Below are positions 59,473-64,000 of a stretch of DNA of 64,000 nucleotides, piece by piece (within the stretch, counting starts at the first letter, position 1; every line of letters begins with the position of its first letter). Made by a program: the position numbers and the translations under genes. Under the pieces are notes generated by a model that had not been told where the DNA came from, searched no databases, and worked only from the letters and a program-made list of their open reading frames with translations. The DNA comes from Dehalococcoidia bacterium. GTDB lineage: Bacteria > Chloroflexota > Dehalococcoidia > SM23-28-2 > RBG-16-64-32. The stretch covers positions 52 through 64,051 of the forward strand of contig DAOUBD010000054.1 of NCBI GenBank assembly GCA_034432935.1. Direction: 5' to 3'.

Positions 59473-60806
59473 GGCTGGCCTCCCTTCAGCCGGCTCTCGA
59501 TGGCCTGGGCGTGGCCGGTGAGCCCCTCGGCCCGGGCGATGGCGGCAGAAGCCGGACCGATGGCGTCCACTGACGCCCGGTCCAGATGCACCAGGGTCGT
59601 CACCTTCAGAAAGTCGTGCACGCCCAGGGGCGAGGCGAAGACCGCGCTGCCGCCCGTCGGCATGACGTGGCTCGGCCCCGCCGTGTAGTCGCCCACCGAC
59701 TCCACGGAGTACTCCCCGATGAATATGCAGCCGGCGTTGCGCACCTTCTGCGCCCATGATGCCGCGTCCGCCAGGTGCAGGCAGAGGTGCTCCGGCGCGA
59801 ATTCGCTGGCCAGTTCTATGGCTTCAGCCACGGAGCCAACTATAACGGCGCCGCCGCGCGCTTCGAGGCTCGCCCGGGCCACATCACGGCGCGCCATGTT
59901 CGGCAGGCTCTCCTCGACGGCCCGGGACACCGCCGCCGCCAGGCCATCCGAATCGGTCAGCAGCACGGCCGTCGCCAGCTCGTCGTGTTCGGCTCCTGCC
60001 AGGAGATCGGCAGCCACCAGGCGAGGGTCTGCGCTGCTATCGGCCACCACGAGGGTCTCGGAGGGGCCAAAGATGCCATCGATGCCCGTCTGGCCATACA
60101 GCAGCTTCTTGGCCACGGTAACGAAGATGTTGCCGGGGCCGCAGATCTTGTCGACGCGGGGCACGCTCTCAGTGCCGTAGGCAAGGGCAGCGATGCCCTG
60201 GACGCCGCCGGCACGGAAGACCCGGTCCACTCCCGCGATCTTGGCGGCAGCGAGCTTAAGGGGCGATACGGAGCCATCCTTGCGCGCCGGGGTGGCCATC
60301 ACCACCTCGGCAACGCCAGCCACGCGGGCCGGCACGGCCATCATGAGCACGGTGGAGGGATAGACGACCTCTGTGCCCGGTATGTAGAGGCCAACCCGCC
60401 GCAGGGGACGCGCCACCTGGCCCAGACCCTCGCGCTCAAAGCTGCGGATGGAGTGCTCCAGTTGCCACTCGTGAAAGCGCCGAATCCGTTCTCCCGCCAG
60501 GCGGAGCGCCGTTATCAGGCCTGGCTCTACCTCCTGGTAGGCAGCCTCTATCTCGTTCCGCGTCACCTCCAGGGGGAGGCCGGGCGCGCTGACACCGTCG
60601 ATGGCCTCGTTATAGCGGCGCACGGCGGCGTCGCCCTCTCTTCGTACGTCGCCGAAGATGCGCTCAGCGACGCCGGCCACGCTCAAGTCTTCGCCGAAGA
60701 CGCGCCGGATGACGGCACGGACGGCCGGGGGCAGCGTGGGCTCCTCGTCAAACGCGCGGCAAAGCAGGGTCTTGGCGGCCTCCTGAGCGCCGCGGACTAT
60801 GCGCAT
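59469..60806 (-). CDS. hisD: histidinol dehydrogenase
   Basis: HisD signature throughout; ATGA overlap with hisC. Confidence 0.9.
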   Translation of the reverse strand: MRIVRGAQEAAKTLLCRAFDEEPTLPPAVRAVIRRVFGEDLSVAGVAERIFGDVRREGDAAVRRYNEAIDGVSAPGLPLEVTRNEIEAAYQEVEPGLITALRLAGERIRRFHEWQLEHSIRSFEREGLGQVARPLRRVGLYIPGTEVVYPSTVLMMAVPARVAGVAEVVMATPARKDGSVSPLKLAAAKIAGVDRVFRAGGVQGIAALAYGTESVPRVDKICGPGNIFVTVAKKLLYGQTGIDGIFGPSETLVVADSSADPRLVAADLLAGAEHDELATAVLLTDSDGLAAAVSRAVEESLPNMARRDVARASLEARGGAVIVGSVAEAIELASEFAPEHLCLHLADAASWAQKVRNAGCIFIGEYSVESVGDYTAGPSHVMPTGGSAVFASPLGVHDFLKVTTLVHLDRASVDAIGPASAAIARAEGLTGHAQAIESRLKGGQP

Positions 60807-61555
60807 TCCAGGTATTCCTTCGCGGCTTCCAGGCAGGCCCTTTCGGACGCCTCCAGGAAGGCCTGCACCCGCTGGCGGGAGAGGTAGCGCAGGGTCTCCT
60901 CCACCAGGTCGGGCAGGGAGCGAGTCAGCTCCTCCAGTTCGTCCCCAACGTCCAGGCCGAACTCCTGGAGGTGACGGCGAGCGCCCCTCCGGAACCGGTC
61001 CCAGTCCGGCTCTGAGCTCACCAGCCCGACGATGATCTCGTGCCAGCGCCGTAGCGTCTCGCCATCGATGAACCCGATGCCCGGTTCAGCGCCACTGCGC
61101 ATCACGGCCTCAAGGACGTGGCGCATCAGCGCCTTATCGCTGCGGCGCTCGGAATCCATGGAGAACTGAAGGGCACGGTCCATGATGTTGGCCCGCAAGG
61201 TGCCCCCGAGGGGAGACCTTTCGCCGAAAAACGGCCGGTACACGGTGTTTATCCAGGTCTCGTCCATCACCAAATGAGTGATGTAACCCGCTACGAAAGC
61301 CACCGTGGCGGGGTCCAGCGAGGCTGGCTTGGCCAAGGCCGGGTTGGCCTCCAAGAAGGCCGAAACGCTGCTCTGTTCCTCGAAGCAGTGAATGTCGAAG
61401 AAATGCGTGCGTTCGCGCTCCCACCGGGTGAGGATGCGGATGTCTGGGGCCGTGGAGCCTAGATAGAGGCTCCCGCGTTCATCGTCGAGCACAGGCAGGC
61501 GCAGGCGGTCGGCTACGTCCTTGGCGATGGCGGTATGCAGGCAGACGGGAGGCAT
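60797..61555 (-). CDS. hypothetical metal-dependent hydrolase, zinc-dependent phospholipase C-like fold
   Basis: HTAIAKDVA .. GSTAPDI .. HFFDIH .. GYITHLVMDETW spacing of His/Asp ligands; embedded between hisG and hisD. Confidence 0.4.
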   Translation of the reverse strand: MPPVCLHTAIAKDVADRLRLPVLDDERGSLYLGSTAPDIRILTRWERERTHFFDIHCFEEQSSVSAFLEANPALAKPASLDPATVAFVAGYITHLVMDETWINTVYRPFFGERSPLGGTLRANIMDRALQFSMDSERRSDKALMRHVLEAVMRSGAEPGIGFIDGETLRRWHEIIVGLVSSEPDWDRFRRGARRHLQEFGLDVGDELEELTRSLPDLVEETLRYLSRQRVQAFLEASERACLEAAKEYLECA

Positions 61556-61579
61556 GGCTGGGATCCCGGCTCAATTGTA

Positions 61580-62998
61580 TCAGACCTCTTCTGCCACCCT
61601 GGCGGCCTTGGCCAGGGCCGAGATGACTTCCTGGAACACGTGCCGCCGGGGCCCCTCGAGCTGGGCATCCTTGCGGGCGATGACGCACGTGGTGGAGCGG
61701 AATATAAGGTCGATGGCCTTGAGGTTGTTCTCCGCCAGGGTACGTCCCGTCTCGGTCCCTTCGATGAGGATATCGGCGTCTTCGGGCACGAACCCCTCGG
61801 AGGCGCCGGCGATGGGTATGATCTGGTAACGCCAGAAGTGCCGGCTGCGAGCGTAGTGATCGGCTGTCGCAGGAAACTCCGACGCCAGACGTATGACGCT
61901 CTTCCCACTCTCACGCCACGAAGCCATAACGTCGAGGATGCTGTCGGCCTGTACGCCCTGGCTGACGACAGCGCAAAGGCTGTACTGGCCCCGCTGGAGG
62001 TCCAGCACTTCCTCGACCGGGCTCGATGGAAAGGAGTAGCGGTGTTCCCAGAGGCAGTCGCGCCCGGTGATGGCCAGATCGATCTCTCCGAACGCCAGGA
62101 GCTGAGGCATATCGTGGGGGCGGAGCACCTTCACCTCGAGTCCCTCGATGCCGCTCGCCGGCCGGCGCTCGCAGCGGGACTCGTCGTAGCCGGCGAAGGA
62201 GAGCCCTGCCGCCCGCAGGGCCGCCACCGCGTGGCGCTGCTGGTGCCCGTCGGGCACCGCCATACGCACCGTCCGGCGGGCGGGAGGCTGCACAGCTTTC
62301 GTCCCGGCGGGAGGCAACGGTGGCGGTAAGGCGACGCCATCGGACCGGCCGCGGCCGGCAGCCTGGGCCACAAGGGGGGCGACCACGGCCGCGAGATCCT
62401 TGCTGGCCAGGGCTGCGGCGTTGGCCAGCAGCCAGGCAGAGTTACGGAGCATCACGAACAAGGGATCGAGACCGAAGGTCGAGAGAGCCCTCTCGTCAGG
62501 CGCAACCGTCAGGGCCAGGTCGGCGTCCTCCGGCGGATAAGCGTCGGCGCCCCCCCACACAGCCTGTATCCGGTACCTGGGCAACCGGGCAGCCCTGGCG
62601 AAAACATCCGCCAGGTTCGGGTACTCGGTAGCTATGCGCACCAAGGGCAGGCGGGCTAAACCGGGCAAGCCGCCCAGGCCCGGGGGGCCGGCCGCGCACA
62701 GGAGGGAAGGCCCCACGCCTAGGTCGCACACGGGCAGGACCGGCTGATTGGGAAAGCGCGCCTGTATCTCTTTTACCCAGGCCAGGCTGCAGATTCCCAG
62801 GTCGTAGTTGCCCAGAGCGACCTGGATGGGGATATCCTTCTCCCGAAACACCCGCACGGCCACGTCCTGACGGCCGCTCACGGCCAGGCGATACGCGCGG
62901 GAGCCCTCGCCGTAGCCCTCCACACGGAGGCCAGCAGCGGAAAGGAGGTTGGCCAGAGGGGCCCGGAGGTCGCCCGCCGGCAGGGCTAGCTTGATCAC
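61580..62998 (-). CDS. hisG: tandem-duplicated short-form ATP phosphoribosyltransferase (HisG-HisG fusion; N-terminal copy degenerate)
   Basis: The second half carries the canonical motifs (EIDLAITGRDCLWE; EGFVPEDADILIEGTETGRTLAENNL). The first half aligns to the same domain but has substitutions (AGDL for KGRL; GNYDLGICSLAWV). Confidence 0.75.
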   Translation of the reverse strand: MIKLALPAGDLRAPLANLLSAAGLRVEGYGEGSRAYRLAVSGRQDVAVRVFREKDIPIQVALGNYDLGICSLAWVKEIQARFPNQPVLPVCDLGVGPSLLCAAGPPGLGGLPGLARLPLVRIATEYPNLADVFARAARLPRYRIQAVWGGADAYPPEDADLALTVAPDERALSTFGLDPLFVMLRNSAWLLANAAALASKDLAAVVAPLVAQAAGRGRSDGVALPPPLPPAGTKAVQPPARRTVRMAVPDGHQQRHAVAALRAAGLSFAGYDESRCERRPASGIEGLEVKVLRPHDMPQLLAFGEIDLAITGRDCLWEHRYSFPSSPVEEVLDLQRGQYSLCAVVSQGVQADSILDVMASWRESGKSVIRLASEFPATADHYARSRHFWRYQIIPIAGASEGFVPEDADILIEGTETGRTLAENNLKAIDLIFRSTTCVIARKDAQLEGPRRHVFQEVISALAKAARVAEEV

Positions 62999-64000
62999 GA
63001 GGGCGTTCCGGCCAGGGCCCGGACTACGGCTTCGACGGTGTCCCAGCGCCGTTCCCCCAGCGCGTACCCTTCCGCTGAGGCCGTCACGGCCCCCGCCGGC
63101 GCCGCCTCCTGCGCGGGTACGACCTCCACTCTACAGCCGGCGCGGCGCAGCGCCTGGGCGAGAGTGAAAGCGGCGGCCAGACCCGCCGCATTCTGGGTCA
63201 CGGAGCGGATGGCGATAGCGCCTCCTCCCTGGGCCGCTGCTCCAGGCAGCAACCGGGAAAGGGCATCGACCTCCAAGGCAAACCCGGAGGCCGGGGTAGC
63301 AGGTCCTCCAGCCAGCGGCACCAAGTTGTCGTACCGGCCGCCACCACCCACCTTCACCCCGCCAGAGCGGATGTGGAAAACCGTGCCCGTATAGTATTCG
63401 AAGTGCCGCACCAGGATGGGACAGACGCTATGGGGGATCCCCAGCGCACTCAGGGTATCACTCACGGCAGCCAGCTCCCCTAGAGGGCCGCCGGCCTCGG
63501 GCACCGCCGGCGCTAGGGCTGACCGGAGGTTGGCGATGTACGGGCTGCCTTGGCCCTCGACGCCCAGCAGGCTCACCAGCGATAGGCTGGACCCAGGGAG
63601 CCCGGCCTCGACCTCCAGAAGGGCGGTCTCATCACCTTCGAGCACCCTATCGTAAAGTTCCAGTTGGCGGGCGATGTCCAGACCGGCCGCGGAGAAGACG
63701 GCGCGCACGATGCCGGGGTGCGAAAGGGCGAGATCGTACGGGAGGCCCAAGCGTTGCAGGACCTCGATGGCCATCAGGATCAGCTCCACGTCGCCTTGAG
63801 GGAAGGTGTCGCCGATGAGCTCGACGCCGCACTGCCAATCTTCCCGGGACTCATCGCCTTGGGCAAAGCGCAGAACGTTCTGGACGTAGAAGAGGCGGGC
63901 CGGGCCGCCGGCCATCTGTTCGGCATAGAGCCGGACCGCCGGGATTGTGGAATCGGGCCGGAGGACGACCCTTTCGCCGCTCCAGCCGTCCCAATCCAGA
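62995..64000 (-). CDS. hisZ: ATP phosphoribosyltransferase regulatory subunit HisZ (HisRS-like), 5' end beyond the window
   Basis: Class II aaRS-like motifs RLFYVQNVLRF and GGGRYDNL, no anticodon-binding domain. Own translation shows the frame stays open to the window edge (..LRPDSTIPAVRLYAEQ..). Confidence 0.7.
   Translation of the reverse strand, partial: LDWDGWSGERVVLRPDSTIPAVRLYAEQMAGGPARLFYVQNVLRFAQGDESREDWQCGVELIGDTFPQGDVELILMAIEVLQRLGLPYDLALSHPGIVRAVFSAAGLDIARQLELYDRVLEGDETALLEVEAGLPGSSLSLVSLLGVEGQGSPYIANLRSALAPAVPEAGGPLGELAAVSDTLSALGIPHSVCPILVRHFEYYTGTVFHIRSGGVKVGGGGRYDNLVPLAGGPATPASGFALEVDALSRLLPGAAAQGGGAIAIRSVTQNAAGLAAAFTLAQALRRAGCRVEVVPAQEAAPAGAVTASAEGYALGERRWDTVEAVVRALAGTPS

Noticed and set aside
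61535-62329. 264-aa plus-strand ORF over the hisG fusion gene
   Set aside because: Antisense shadow ORF; the minus strand encodes canonical HisG motifs.

Overview
This is a 64 kb, roughly 70% GC window of bacterial chromosome with dense, mostly co-directional housekeeping operons. Genes frequently overlap by ATGA/GTGA, which suggests translational coupling. The six-frame track contains many long antisense ORFs, a known artefact of high GC, which I discounted. Read left to right: the window opens with a helicase-nuclease pair (an AddB/AdnA-like PD-(D/E)XK nuclease subunit followed by a UvrD/AddA-type helicase that runs off the window). Next is a three-gene lipid module of the ceramide type (an Spt-like alpha-oxoamine synthase, a large GNAT acyltransferase and an NAD-dependent SDR reductase), facing an LPG-synthase-TM-like membrane protein. 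These are followed by a membrane M28 peptidase, an MBL-fold alkyl-sulfatase-like protein, a secreted dockerin-bearing protein, a DUF2207 membrane protein and citrate synthase. Upstream of citrate synthase lies a structured 77-bp tandem repeat. An NHEJ island follows: an HTH regulator, a ligase paralog with its catalytic motifs lost, a full LigD (PE-Lig-Pol), a lipoprotein plus MacB-type ABC transporter, and Ku. Then come an HD hydrolase, a WS/DGAT acyltransferase, and the minus-strand run alaS-ruvX-mltG-aroE-aroC-aroK/B(fused)-acyP. The plus-strand run holds a GlmU C-terminal-domain-only protein, corC/tlyC, dprA-topA-xer, aroQ-pepP-efp, xseAB, PHP, a PurN-like formyltransferase and two zinc-ribbon membrane proteins. 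A pur operon follows (purD-purE-cupin-purB-purC-PPOX-DinB-purS). At the right end is a minus-strand his operon: hisZ (partial), a tandem-fused double hisG, a PLC-like protein, hisD, hisC and hisB. The most unusual locus sits between purS and hisB. A 795-bp insert is bracketed by near-perfect 54-bp direct repeats, the left copy supplying the purS stop codon. It carries a single 161-aa ORF with an N-terminal SeqA-N-like RHH domain and a Mrr-N-like winged helix, driven by a consensus extended -10 promoter and a strong SD in an unusually AT-rich leader. I found no rRNA, tRNA or CRISPR.
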